A DNA stretch of 64,000 bases from Octopus sinensis (Eukaryota). The notes beneath the pieces are model-generated. The model saw only the letters and a program-made list of their open reading frames with translations. It made no database searches and was not told the origin of the DNA. Positions 13,539 through 25,802 of this stretch are shown here, in pieces; the stretch's first letter is position 1, and every line of letters starts with the position of its first letter. The position numbers were made by a program, and so were the translations under genes. Location: assembly GCF_006345805.1 (NCBI RefSeq), contig NC_043006.1, positions 101,866,001 to 101,930,000 on the forward strand, read 5' to 3'.

Positions 13539-13700
13539 AGGTGTAGGCATGACTGTGTGGCTTTGGGGCCAGTCCCACTGCATGACACCTTGGGCAAGCA
13601 TCTTCTACTATAGCCCCAGGCAGACTAAATCTTTGAGAATGAATCTGGAAGATGAAAACTGAAAGTAACCCATTATATATGTGTGTATATACACACACAT
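13539..13700 (+). mobile_element. SINE family A, 5' half
   Basis: ggcatgactgtgtgg...agtcccactgcatgacaccttgggcaagcatcttctactatagcc. Confidence 0.8.
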
Positions 13701-13959
13701 ACACATACATATATATCTACAGAGGAATGGCTAAAATTTTCCATTTATTATGTTATTATACCATTTGTTACATATTTATTATACCATACTTTATTACTGT
13801 TTGAACTAAGATCTCCATTGACAGTCCGCTGGTAATTATAGTGTTAAACACTTTCAGTACGCAAACTAAGGATTCCTTCGTAGAGTAACTGCTGCATTTA
13901 TTGAATATATAAACAGTTTGGCTGCTTGCTTCTCTGGAGACTGTCAGAATGATGTAGAC

Positions 13960-14002
13960 ACTTCTGATGAGAACCCAATAAGGTTGGAAAATCAGTTAAA
14001 GT
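13960..14002 (+). ncRNA. Minimal type I hammerhead ribozyme motif (Penelope-like element associated)
   Basis: actt-CTGATGA-g aacc caataa ggtt g-GAAA-atcagt-TA^aagt. Stem I actt/aagt, intact core, predicted cleavage after 13998. The stem II closing pair is G.G rather than G-C. Confidence 0.7.
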
Positions 14003-14047
14003 TCTTCATTATCTTTTCAATCTGCCCTTTTTATAATTATACCATGT

Positions 14048-14140
<93 letters not shown>

Positions 14141-14152
14141 GCATGTATATGT

Positions 14153-14376
14153 ATATATTATATTAGAGGTTAAAGAACAACGAACCAAGGAAGGGCGAGT
14201 ATCTTAAGTCATTTAGAATATTTAATTAGGGTACATGTACAGACATGCTAGCCTATCACTTGAGATATCCCAGAAACAGCTGTAAGACTTCAAATTCACC
14301 TTACCCTAATTAAATATTCTAAATGATACTTGTCCTACCTTGGTTTGTTGTCCTTTTCCTCTAATACAATATATAT
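14153..14376. mobile_element. Imperfect inverted pair (~75 bp arms) of a Penelope-like pseudo-LTR with half a hammerhead
   Basis: tattagagg...atttagaatatttaattagggta (~14161-14233) is inverted at ~14302-14366. The spacer has gatatcccaGAAACAGCTGTAaga, matching the 3' half of the hammerhead at 53974-54029. Confidence 0.65.
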
Positions 14377-14511
14377 CTGATAATCAGAAGCCTAATACAG
14401 CTTCAGCTGTGAACTTGGAACCTAACGGATGACCAATTATAGCATTTACTCAGCATACCTATTCATTTAGATCACCAGTGAACCCCTCATATACACATGC
14501 ACACATATACA

Positions 14512-14556
<45 letters not shown>

Positions 14557-14609
14557 CACACACATATGTATACACACACATATACATACACACACACTCA
14601 CACACGTAT

Positions 14610-15200
14610 ATATATAGTTGAAATTTACAGAAAAAGAAAAGATGAAGACAGGTGTATGAGCAACAAGCTGTTGAATTAGTTTGATATTTACGTTTCAAGC
14701 CTACGCTCTTCAGCAGAAAGGAATAAGAGGAAATAAACAGAGAGAGAATAAAAAACCTTGTGGATTTAGTGATAAGTCATGGTGATTGGTTGGGAAAAAT
14801 AGTTTGACAGAAGAACTAGGAAGAAGAGGAGATAATAAAGTACTGGTGATCCCAAAAAGGTGTGCATGCATGTGTGTGTGTGTATGTGTGGATAGAGGCT
14901 AGTGACTTTGATGTGTGAATGTGTGCGTCTGTAATGTGTGAGTGTGTTGATGATAGTATGTGTGTGTGTGCAGATTACAGTGGGTGTGGGGATGTGAAGA
15001 TGGGGTGGGGTATGTTGGAGTGAGCTGTGTGGGGATGAGGTGGATGGAGGGGGTATCAATGAAGAGAGAAGGTGGGTAGGAGTGAAGCGAAGAGTTAGGT
15101 GTTAGATGAAGAGAGAAGAGGAGGAGAGTCAGATGAAGAGGGGAGGGGAGTTGAACCCATGTGGTGCAAAGGAGTGAAGAGAGAAGATTAATTCCTGTTC
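14610..15200 (-). mobile_element. Probable Penelope-like fragment with a degenerate hammerhead (14689-14719)
   Basis: Minus strand CTGCTGA-A-GAGC gtag GCTT-GAAA-CGTA, embedded next to an (AT)n tract with a GT/GA-rich low-complexity body. Confidence 0.45.
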
Positions 15201-15284
15201 ATGATGAAGGTGGGAGTCCAGATACACACACGCATGCACACACACACATATATACACACACACACACACAATGGAAGTATATGA

Positions 15285-15490
15285 ATGCATATGTGTTTGT
15301 GTCTCCTTGACTCAACGTCATGTGATAGCTGAAAATGGGTGCCACAAGCATGTCATGTGTTTGCAACCCTCCATGAAAACACATCTGGCCATGGGTAGGT
15401 ATTACCTTGTTTAGGAAATTTGCCTCTGGGTGATTAATCTTACCCATGCAAGCATGAAAATGTGGACATTAAAATGATAATGATTATCAT
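15285..15490 (+). mobile_element. 3' part of a family A variant SINE ending in an RTE-type tail
   Basis: gtcatgtgatagctg...ccatgaaaacacatctggccatgg...cccatgcaagcatgaaaatgtggacattaaaatgataatgat. Confidence 0.6.
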
Positions 15491-16150
15491 CACCAACCAT
15501 TTTATTTTACATGAATGAGTGAGTGAATGTAGGAAATATATTAACGTACATACCTCCGTATACCTAACTTGAGTTTATGCACCAGATATTCTTGGAATGT
15601 TATCTTAGAGACAAATATCCTCTTCAGTGGAAGCTTTGGCATGAACTGACATCCAATGCTGCTGACCTCTAAAAGCTATACAATCATGATTTAGAAGTCA
15701 TTTACAAAATCAGATTCTCTATTCACAGCTAAGTGAACTGAAGCAGCACAGGTATGATGATGTCATTAACATTACTTCATTATTGATAAGATATAGGCCA
15801 TTAACGCATCAGCCGATAGTGTGACCCCTGACTGACTCCGCCAATAGTGAATCTACATGCACACACTCACACACACTTTTATATAACTACTGTTATGCTA
15901 CCCACTGTTTCACACATCAATTGTAAACAAAATTGTACTCATATTAGCTCTATAGCTGTCTCTGCTGTATCTTTTTTTTTTTTTTGTGTGTCTCTATAAT
16001 TAATACTTGGTATAAATAAAACAAACAAAAATGTTACAAATATGGAGGAAATGGAACTTTTCCATATCTAGCTTTGTGTCTCTGTTCTGAGTTCAATTTT
16101 TGCCAGATTCAGCTTTGCATTTTTCTTTCGTTTTCCCCCACTACATTTTT

Positions 16151-16505
16151 GGATGCTGGTGTGGCTGTGTAGTTAGAGGTTTGCTTCTCAACTATGTAGG
16201 TCTAGGTTCAGTCTCACTGCATGCCACTTTCGGAAAGTGTTTACATTGGAGCCTTAGGCTGGTCAAAGCCTTGTGAGTGGATTTAGTAGACAGAAACTGA
16301 AAGAAGCCCGTTATGGGTGTGTGTGTCTTTGTTTCTGTGTCTGTCCCCCTCCACTGCATGACAACCAGTGTTGGTTTGTTTACATTGCTGTAACTTGGTG
16401 GTCCCACCAAAGAAAGGACTGTAGTTGATTCATTCAACTAAAACCCTTCAAGGTGGTACTCCAGCATGGCCACAGTCCAATAACTGAAACAAATAAAAGA
16501 TAAAA
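16151..16505 (+). mobile_element. SINE family A, full length
   Basis: Head gtggctgtgtagtta, B box ggttcagtctc, internal GT repeat, tail ccagcatggccacagtc...actgaaacaaataaaaga. Confidence 0.88.
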
Positions 16506-16876
16506 TTTGAGAAGTTGATAGAATCAACAATAACACTTCTTTACAAATGTTTACAAAAATAAAATCAATAATATGATAATTTACATTTCAACTTGATTCT
16601 TAGTCTTATGAGATGCTGGAATGAAATGCTGCTAGCAAGGCTGAGAGAGATTAATTAATATGTCTTGTATTTATGGCCAAAGAAAACATTGAATAAAATA
16701 CTGTATGGTCCATAATAAAACGATGTTGAGAAATTTCCTGAAATGTACCTCACAGTTTGATTAATTTTGAGAATTTGTTTTTCCACATCAAGAATTTTGA
16801 GTCCTGACAACTGGAGAGAATTTCCTATCAAATAGCTCCAGTTTGGAAATGGGAAAAAGAAATGAAGCAAGGATTG

Positions 16877-16962
16877 TATGTATGTGTGTATGTATGTATG
16901 TATGTATGTATGTATGTATGTATGTATGTATGGTTGTATGTATGTGTGTATGTATGTATGAA

Positions 16963-16999
<37 letters not shown>

Positions 17000-17067
17000 A
17001 TGTATGGTTTTATGTATGTGTGTGTGTGGTGTGTATGTATGTATGTATGTATGTATGGTTGTATGTA

Positions 17068-17104
<37 letters not shown>

Positions 17105-17225
17105 ATGTATGTATGTATGTATGTATGTATGTATGTATGTATGTGTGAGTGTGTGTGTGTATGTATGTATGTATGTATGTATGTATTTATGTATGTATGT
17201 ATGTATGTATGTATGTATGTATGTA

Positions 17226-17293
<68 letters not shown>

Positions 17294-17325
17294 CATACGT
17301 ACACACATGAGAGAGAGAGAGAGGG
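16877..17325. repeat. (ATGT)n/(GT)n compound microsatellite
   Basis: Directly visible. Confidence 0.97.
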
Positions 17326-17550
17326 GGGTGATGAAGACTCTCTGTACTTATGTTTCAGCTTCTCTTTCTCAATATAAATTATATATGTATATTTGTATGT
17401 ATGTGTGTGTGTGTGTGTGCATAATTGTGTATCTATGTGTGTAATTTGTTATTCCACTGAAAATGTACTGATGTTAAGGAAAAGGAAAAAAATACCAGTT
17501 TTTTTTAAATATATGTTTACTGTTTCTGTCTTTCTTTCTCACTATCTCTT

Positions 17551-17585
<35 letters not shown>

Positions 17586-17822
17586 TATACACAAACACCT
17601 CTCAAAAGATATAAAGTATAAAATGATTGGTTATTTTAGGTTATTTTCCTCTTTTTATCTCCTTCCTTTGTTCATAAACTTATTCATTGTTGATAGTTAT
17701 TTCATTTGGACTATAGAAAATACTAACGTCAATATCAACAATAAATTTGTGTTATGAGAAATAAGTCACTTCTCTAAATTTATGTGTTGAGTTTTATTGT
17801 AAATTCTCTTGACGTTTCTCTC

Positions 17823-17825
<3 letters not shown>

Positions 17826-17869
<44 letters not shown>

Positions 17870-17978
17870 CACACATATATATATATATATATATATATGC
17901 ACATATATATATACACATATATATACATATATATATATATATGCACATATATATATACATATATATATATATATACAC

Positions 17979-18010
<32 letters not shown>

Positions 18011-18214
18011 GCATATATATATATATATATGCATATATATATATACACACACACACACCACACATATATATACACATATATATACATATATATATATATA
18101 TGCACATATATATATACATATATATATATATATACACATATATATATATATACATATATATATATATGCATATATATATATATATTGCATATATATATAC
18201 ACACACCACACACA

Positions 18215-18279
<65 letters not shown>

Positions 18280-18280
18280 C
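17826..18280. repeat. (AT)n/(AC)n compound microsatellite with higher-order duplication
   Basis: The acacacaccacacatatat marker recurs at about 17861, 18050 and 18200. Confidence 0.93.
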
Positions 18281-18610
18281 AGATATTTATGTATATGTTT
18301 TCTTAATATACAACTCTGTAATAAAATATTCTAAAAACAACCTGTTTTATTTTAACCATAACCTAATATTTCATTGAATTTTTCTCCTTTTCTCCTGAAT
18401 TATTTTTCAATTCACTGTTACACATTCTAAAAGGGATCTATCTGATTTATTTAAAAACTCACATTCAGAAGTCCTCCTTTGCTAAAAATTTTAACCTTAA
18501 TTATATAAACATTCAAGTATTTTCTGGTTTCCTAAGGAATTTTAGTGATTTCAATTGGAATAGTATATCGTTCGTTTAGTTTTATTTCTTTCAAATAGTT
18601 GTTATTATCA

Positions 18611-18663
<53 letters not shown>

Positions 18664-18849
18664 GTTATTATTATTATTATTTTATTTTTCAGTACTTTTA
18701 TTTTTATTGTGTACTTTAAATGCATTACGGATTGCAACTCTAGGCACTTTGGATATCTGTGTTTTGTCTTTCATTCTTCTGCTTTCTTCAGTCCTGAGAA
18801 TGTGGCCATACTAATGTGCTGCTTTGAATAATGTTACCCAAACAAATCA

Positions 18850-18990
18850 AGCCGAGTATTTACCTTTTAAGTCTGGTACTTATTCTATTCAACTCTTTTG
18901 CTGAAGTGCTAAGTTACAGGGACATAAACACACCAACACTGATTGTCAAGTGGTGGTGGGGGACAAACACAGATACAAAGATACACATGC
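18850..18990 (-). mobile_element. SINE family A internal fragment
   Basis: ggtacttattctattc...gctaagttacagggacataaacacacc...gtcaagtggtggtgggggacaaacacaga. Confidence 0.75.
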
Positions 18991-19009
18991 ATGATATATA
19001 TTTAGCCAC

Positions 19010-19411
19010 CAAAACTGGGCATCGTTAATCGAAAATTTAACTTCGTTAACCATTAATCCATTAACCAAAATGTTAACTTCGATAACCATGAATCAGTTAA
19101 TTCTTTTAAAATGTAATGGAAGTTATCAATAAACTGTTAACGTTAATTATTATTGTAGGAAAAAACAGAAAATCAGTCTTTGCTCTAAAACCACCTAAAA
19201 ATACCTTTAAAAGGTGCCAAAACTATAAAATCCGTTAACTTCAATTCAACTGAAGTTAACAAAAATTAACTCAAGTTGACTGAATGGAAGTTGAATGTAA
19301 CAGAAGTTAATTAGTCCGATAATGATTTGTAAAATTAACTTAAAAGTTAACTCATTAAGGAAAATGTTAACTTTGTTGATTAATGGATTAATGGTTTGGT
19401 GCCCAAGTTTG
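19010..19411. mobile_element. 402 bp non-autonomous hAT-like MITE rich in GTTAAC motifs
   Basis: TIRs caaaactgggca / tgcccaagtttg (10/12 match). 8 bp flanks ttagccac / gtaggcac (6/8, decayed TSD). Inverted subterminal cattaatccattaa / ttaatggattaatg. Confidence 0.75.
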
Positions 19412-20796
19412 GTAGGCACTTTGACTCATCAAGTTTTAGTCCTTTCTGTTTTCTCAGCCACGTACAACTGACTATCACATCATACATTACTCAGTGTGTG
19501 TGTGTATTCCTCAGTTTAAATTCCATCCTTTCATCCTTTCTGAATTAATAAACAAAGCACCAGTAATATTCTAGGAGTATCAAGCCCCGAATTGATAGCA
19601 CTTTGTTACAAATGTTTGGCCTTTTACCCAAGCTATAACTTTCCTTAAACCTTATTATTAAAGCAGTAAATATTGTATAGAAGGTCAAGAACTGAACTTA
19701 ATATTTCTCTGTGCTTAGAGTTGCACCTTAAGTATTTGGATTTAAATATCAATATGCACCATTTTGTCTTTCATTCCTCAAGAGTCCAACATTCTAATCA
19801 ACTACAATGTCTCCCATAGAAAGACATGGTATTTCAGAAGTGGACTATAATATTACACTTCACGAAACATTTTATACAAATGCAGAGATTTATCCAGAAA
19901 AAGATATATAATTCTATATCAGTTAGCTTTCATCTCATTGTTTTTATTTACACCATATGCAAATGGTACATTCTCTGATTGCTATCAGTTACTATTTTCT
20001 GCATATCAATATTTAACAAGTGAAAGGTTGACTTCTATGGCTTCAATTCTCCTCTTAAATTTTCTTCAGTTCTAGTTAAGTTACAGACACGTAAAGTGGT
20101 TTTTGCTTCTTTCTTCATTTTCCAATTTGTTTGGAGTTTCTCTTTTTATTTTTTCAGCTCAAAGATTAACTTTTCATCCCTTCATTAATTTTCTTTCTTA
20201 CATAAATCTTGAATTTCAAGTAATATCAAACACAATGCACAAAAATGTATGGGAATTTAAAACTATATTTTGTACATGATATCAGACTATTTCAAGATTT
20301 TAAAAATATTTTTCTGGAAATTTGATACTATTATTCTGTTGCTATAATTACTAGCCAACAATTTAACTATATTTCATTCTTTAGCCAGACAGCTCTCTCA
20401 GTCAAGAGTATTATATTATATTTTCCTGAATAAATTGTGTGCTTCAAAATGTCTTCATTAGTGCTTTGTGATAGAGTTTTGTCAGTTTTACTTGTTATTG
20501 TCATTTTTATTGTAGAATCTATTTATTAAACGTTTAAGAATAACAGTTTCATCTCTGTGGTCATGAGACTAGCTCTTGCTACTGCTGTTTATCCTTCAAG
20601 TCAGTTCCCACTTGAGCAGACTTATGATCAAAGCAGCCATGACTATACATCTGGTGTACATTAATCAGATAAAACTCATCCTTTCAACAAAGTTATCTAT
20701 TCTACTATAATTGCTTTAGTATAGGGTGTGGGGCATGGCTAAGAATTGTAGTGCAAATAATGATAGAGGAATTCTGTCTAGACACACACACACAAT

Positions 20797-20960
20797 AGGT
20801 GCTGACATGACTATGTGGTTTTGACATTTTCCAACCACCTGGATTTAGATTCAGGTCTGTTGCATCACACCTTGGATAAATTCCTTGTACTATATCCTTA
20901 GGCCAACCAGTGCCTCATAAGTGAATTTAGTAGACATAAAACTGACTGAAGCTCAATTAT
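20797..20960 (+). mobile_element. SINE family A, degenerate 5' half
   Basis: acatgactatgtgg...caccttggataaattccttgtactata...gtgaatttagtagac. Confidence 0.6.
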
Positions 20961-21246
20961 ATTAAAAGAATTAACTCAGAGTGGTTAGAGGCATGTACTT
21001 TAACAATACAAGTTAATGCATTGCTGTTTAGGAGAATTTTTGATTCATATGGAGCTGGTCTCAATTACTATTTGGTAATTGTGACACCTCTCCTAGAAGC
21101 AGAGATGATTTTCATAAATGGAAATTTTACACTGTTGCTATTTGCTACACCAATATTTGTCTATGGAATTTGTTGAGGCACATTTTCTAAGCCTTTCCTA
21201 TCACCAAGCCTCACATGCTTCTAAGTAAATTAATATTCCTACACGT

Positions 21247-21587
21247 GAAGGTGCATGGCTCAGTGGTTAGAGTGTCAGGCTCACAGTCATGAGGTAGTGA
21301 GTTCAATTCCTAGACCAGGCTCTGTGTCATGTGCATGAGCAAGGCTTTATTTCACATTGCTCCAGTTTACTCAGGAACAGAAATAAGTTGTGATGTCACT
21401 GGTGCCAAGCATATTGGTCTTTCCTTTGGATAACATTGGTGTGGCATGGAGTGGGGAGATGGGCATGCATGACTGACTGCTAGCCTTATATAAACAACCT
21501 GGCTTGGATTTGTGCCGCAGAAGGTAACTTTCTGGGTGCAATCCCATGGTCATTAATGATTGAAAGGGGTCTTTACCTTTTTACCCT
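21247..21587 (+). mobile_element. tRNA-derived SINE family D, full length
   Basis: A box TGGCTCAGTGG, B box GAGTTCAATTCCT, gagcaag...tttcacattgctccagtttactcag core, tail ggggtctttacctttttaccct. Confidence 0.88.
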
Positions 21588-21657
21588 ATTTGTCTATATT
21601 GTTTATATACATGCCACTGGCTGCTCAGACCTATTTCTCTTAGCTCATTTTTGTTTG

Positions 21658-21699
<42 letters not shown>

Positions 21700-21701
<2 letters not shown>

Positions 21702-22037
21702 GCCAAATGCTTTTCCTGTTGCTGGCCCCTACCTGTTTCCAAGCTAGATATTATTTTTCACATGAGACAGGCATGTCTTTACAGAAAACTGGAAATAACT
21801 GATGTTGCTTGTATAACAATTATGCTTTTTTATAACCATCACATGATGTCTTGACAAGGGTACACACAAATATAAACACACACACACACAAATACAGAAT
21901 GGGCTTCTTTCTGTTTCCATCTACCAAATCTACTCGAAGCTATAGTAGAAGACACTTGCCAAGGTGCCATGCAATGGAATTGAACCCAAGACCACAGGGC
22001 TGGGAAGCAAGCTTTTTTAGCCACACAGTCATACTTG
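21700..22037 (-). mobile_element. SINE family A variant (head, CORE-like segment and alternative body)
   Basis: gctatagtagaagacacttgccaaggtgcca and tRNA head in reverse complement. Left part matches the variant body at 15285 and 47130. Confidence 0.75.
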
Positions 22038-22247
22038 TACATAGATAGATATTTTAGCACTTCTTTTCCTTGATGAAATAAATTTAGTGGTGTTTGTTAT
22101 TTTCCTTTTCAGTTTAGGTAAGAATCATGGGAATGTTGAAGTGTCTGTCGGTCACTTCTTGACACAGATATTGTGAATATAACTGTGAACTCTTCATTTA
22201 TATTTTCTGATCAAGAAATAATTTGATGTGATATGACTAAAAGCTCT

Positions 22248-22460
22248 TGCAACAAACTACCAGCAGACACCACAGCTTACCAGCTCTATAATTTAGTAAT
22301 GAACTAATAGCAGATATCATAGTTTGCCAGACAGCAGACCCTGGTCACAAATAAACTGCAGACACCAAACCATAGCTTGCCAGGGAGCACACTTTAGCAA
22401 CAAACTAACAACAAATGCTGTAGCTTGCCAGGCGATACACCCTAGCAACAAACTACATAG
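22248..22460 (+). repeat. ~48 bp tandem repeat, about 4.5 units
   Basis: Units gcaacaaacta(c/a)ca(g/a)ca(g/a)a...(a/g)tagcttgccag recur at about 22249, 22296, 22344, 22397 and 22445. Confidence 0.75.
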
Positions 22461-22830
22461 AACAGTATACTCTAGCCACACACCGACATCAAATGCCACA
22501 GCCAAAGTATTTCCTCACTGCTGAAAGAAATCTAACATCAAAGGTGAGAAAAACTTTTAAAGGTCCATGATAACAAATTAAAAGCAGACACAGTAGCATC
22601 ATTCTCTTGATTCTTGCATACAATGAAAGCAACTTCCACGAAAATCATTTCATCCAGAAAGATAAGCCCAAAAATGTCTTCAAATGTCGATGGACTTGGA
22701 AAATTTATTGTCCCAAACAAAACAAAAAGAATTATGAAAAACCATGAATAAAATGTTAGAACTCAAACATAACACAGACATGCTTTCAATAGTGTATGTT
22801 TAAAAGAAAAGATTCTACTCCTATATTCTA

Positions 22831-22987
22831 CAAGCATGGCTGTGTGGTAAGAAGCTTGTTTCCCAGCCATGTGATTCTGGGTTCAGTCCCACTGCCTGGC
22901 ACCTTGGGCAAGTGACTTCTACTATAGCGTCAGGCCAACCAAAAACTTGTGAGTGGATTTGATGAATGGAAACTGAAAGATGCTCAT

Positions 22988-23018
<31 letters not shown>

Positions 23019-23210
23019 TTGTCCTCACTGCCATTGCTTGACAATCATGTGTTTATGTCCCTGTAACTTAGCAGTTCGGCAAAAGTGATTGATAGAATAA
23101 GTACTAGGCTTACAAAGAATATGTCCTGGGGTTGATTTCTTCAACTAAAAACTCTATAAGGTGGTGCTCCAGCATGGCTGCACTCAAATGACTGAAACAA
23201 GTAAAAGAAT
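22831..23210 (+). mobile_element. SINE family A, full length
   Basis: TGGCTGTGTGG A box, GGTTCAGTCCC B box, ggcaccttgggcaagtgac CORE-like segment, tail gactgaaacaagtaaaaga. Confidence 0.92.
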
Positions 23211-23224
23211 ATATGCAAGAGTGT

Positions 23225-23330
23225 GTGTGTGTGGCTGAGTAGTTAGGACATTTAGCTCAATATCGTAAGGTCATGAATTCAATTCCCAGCAGTGCATTGT
23301 GTCCTTGATCAAGATACTTTATTTCACGTG
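23225..23330 (+). mobile_element. SINE family D-like 5' fragment
   Basis: tggctgagtagttagg...gaattcaattccc...tgtgtccttgatcaagatactttatttcacg. Confidence 0.65.
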
Positions 23331-24849
23331 ATACTGCTACAGAGAACTTCAAGACTATTCTTGCATTACATGTCAGTCTCATAGTATATGTTGTCAATTG
23401 ATGTACTTTTTCTTTTGAAAAGGTTTATGTACTTTTCCTTATGCATTTAAGTTCATGTAGGTGCCGAGAAGCAATATTCTTATCTCTTCTTCCTCACTAT
23501 GGTCTCAGAATGCATTGAAGATTGGGTCAGTAAGCAGTTTATTTAGTTGAGCCAACAATTTGTCAGGAATGGCTAAGATAGGCCAGTAAGGCCAACAATT
23601 TTTACTAAATCAGACACTAGGAGAGTGAAATTCTTGATGTTACTTTAATACCAGGTCTGGGTTTGATGATGTCTTGATCGATAAAACCTGTGAGTAAAAG
23701 TAAAGTCATGACTCCCTTTTTTTTTTTTCCAAGCATAGAGCTATATTATCGAAAGTACATTTTAATGCCAGTCTGTGACTTCAGAGAGATTTTGATGCTA
23801 TTTCTAGCAAGTCAAGCAAACATATAGAGGTTCCTTTCTTGAGTTGTTCTGTATTTTGCAGCATATAAGATTGTTTATTTCAAGTTTTCCTTTCTATTTG
23901 CCTTGCCATTTACCATTTACAAACAAAATGTGCTACAAAGATATCATCATTTTGTATCATGAAACAAGGTCTTTTAATGTCAAACAGTTGAGCTTTCATT
24001 TGTCTTCATAGGAGCTGTGCTATGCCTCTTCAGAAATATATATTGCTGAAGTTCTTTTTTTTAAATCTATTTTTTTCAAAAATTTATTAATGGATTCATG
24101 TTTATGGCTTTAAATTTTATTAATTTCCCAACAGCATAGAAATGACAACTTTTGTGTTTGTTATGCAATTGAACAAGGAGAAATTATATGTACATCAAAT
24201 ATCTAGTGGTTAGAATGTAGAATATCATGTATTCATATTATTACTAATTTTTTTTTTCCAAATCATTATAGATCAAAACTACAGTCCAACATACAACCAT
24301 GGAAAAGCATATATAAAATAATGATACTGTTGGTGTGCGTGTGTGTGTCTCTCTCTTTCTCATATACATACACACACACACATATATATATACATATACA
24401 CACACACACATACATACTTATTTGTGAGTAAAGAAATGAGAAAAAAAGTATTCAGTACATGTAATACAGTTTATTTATTCATTCAAAACTGATGTTTCAC
24501 TCCATTTATCAGAGTTTCCCACCATGTATAATCTTTCAGTGACAAGAGGATAAATGAAGGAGCTTAGTTGAGGATTTATACACTAAAAACATGGGTAAGG
24601 GGAATTTTTCGATTTTCATTGGTTGTTAGTTTGGTCGAATGATAAAGGCATCTGGCAGCCAATGAAAATCAAACAATTTGATATCTTGTGACTTTATTCC
24701 ACGATCCTGTAACTGAAGCATTATAAATAGCAATGAATCCTGAGTAGCAAAAGAGTATATCATTAGTTTCAAATGAATACATTCATACTTGTGTGTGTGT
24801 GTATGTGTGTGTGTGTGTGTGTGTGTGTAAATATGACTTTGTGCATGTC

Positions 24850-25560
24850 TAATGTTTTAGAAAAAAGACTGCTGGACCCCTGGTCTCTTCCAAGAAATGG
24901 CCTTGCTCAATGTGCAGGAAAGGGGCAGGTATAAACTCCTTAAGCTCTACCCAATATAAGCTATGGACATACTTGATATAGTGGGATCACAGGCAGCCTT
25001 ACAATGAAACTAAGCTTCATATGTGATGCACTGGAGCAGTACATACTTTGAGTATACCAGTACGGATCACTAGAAGAAGTAGGTTTTGTTATCTGAGAGA
25101 TATAATTAACAGATGTAGTTGTTCCAAAATATAGTAGCCAGAGTAAGAATAGGTTGGTAAAAGTTCAGAGAGCTACAACCATTGATGAAAACAAAGGTCT
25201 TTTCTTTTCCCTCTGACTAAAGGGCAGATTCTATAACATATGTGTTAGAACTGTGCTGCTGCATGGTTGTGGGACATGGTCCTTGAATGCATCAATGACA
25301 AAATACAAATGCATTGAGAGAAAACTAGGTGTAGGAGGAATCAAATGTCATGTACAAGAAAGAAGACTATATGGTGATATGGACATGTGATGCATATGAA
25401 TGGGGGTCGCTGTACAAGAAAGTGCTTATCTCATAATGCAAATTGAGCGTGTGCAAGATGGAAACTGAAGAAAACATGAGACCTTGAAACTCTTGATAAA
25501 GATGACAAAAGACAAAGACGACAGATGATATGCATTTCTCAAGAAAACCTACCCATCTTG
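24850..25560 (+). mobile_element. Decayed RTE LINE ORF2 fragment (RT C-terminal region with a Cys-rich insert)
   Basis: KWPCSMCRKGAGINS, GSLEEV..FCYLRDII, RVRIGW*KFRELQPL, KGRFYNICVRTVLLHGCGTW, KLGVGGIKCHVQERRL..YGHVMHM. The last parts are homologous to the 42548-42931 copy. Confidence 0.85.
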
Positions 25561-25584
25561 GTGAAATGAAGATTCTGAAAGCAC

Positions 25585-25802
25585 AATGTGTGTATGTGTG
25601 TTTGTCCCCCACCATCGCTTGACAACCAATGTTGGTGTGTTTATGTCCCTGTAATTTAGCAGTTTGTCAAAAGAGACTGATAGAATAAGTACTAGGCTTA
25701 TAAAGAATAAGTTCTGGAGTCAGTTTCTTTGACTAAAACAAAACCTTTAAGGTGGTGCTCCAGCATGGCCACAGTCAAATGACTGAAACAAATAAAGAGA
25801 AA
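25585..25802 (+). mobile_element. SINE family A, 3' half
   Basis: tttgtcccccaccatcgcttgacaacc...ccagcatggccacagtcaaatgactgaaacaaataaagaga. Confidence 0.85.

Noticed and set aside
14982-15010. Four G-tracts, potential G-quadruplex
   Set aside because: Lies in low-complexity repeat-derived sequence; nothing supports a function.
24485-24545. Possible hammerhead (GAAACATC on the minus strand)
   Set aside because: No CUGANGA core in register and stems do not close.
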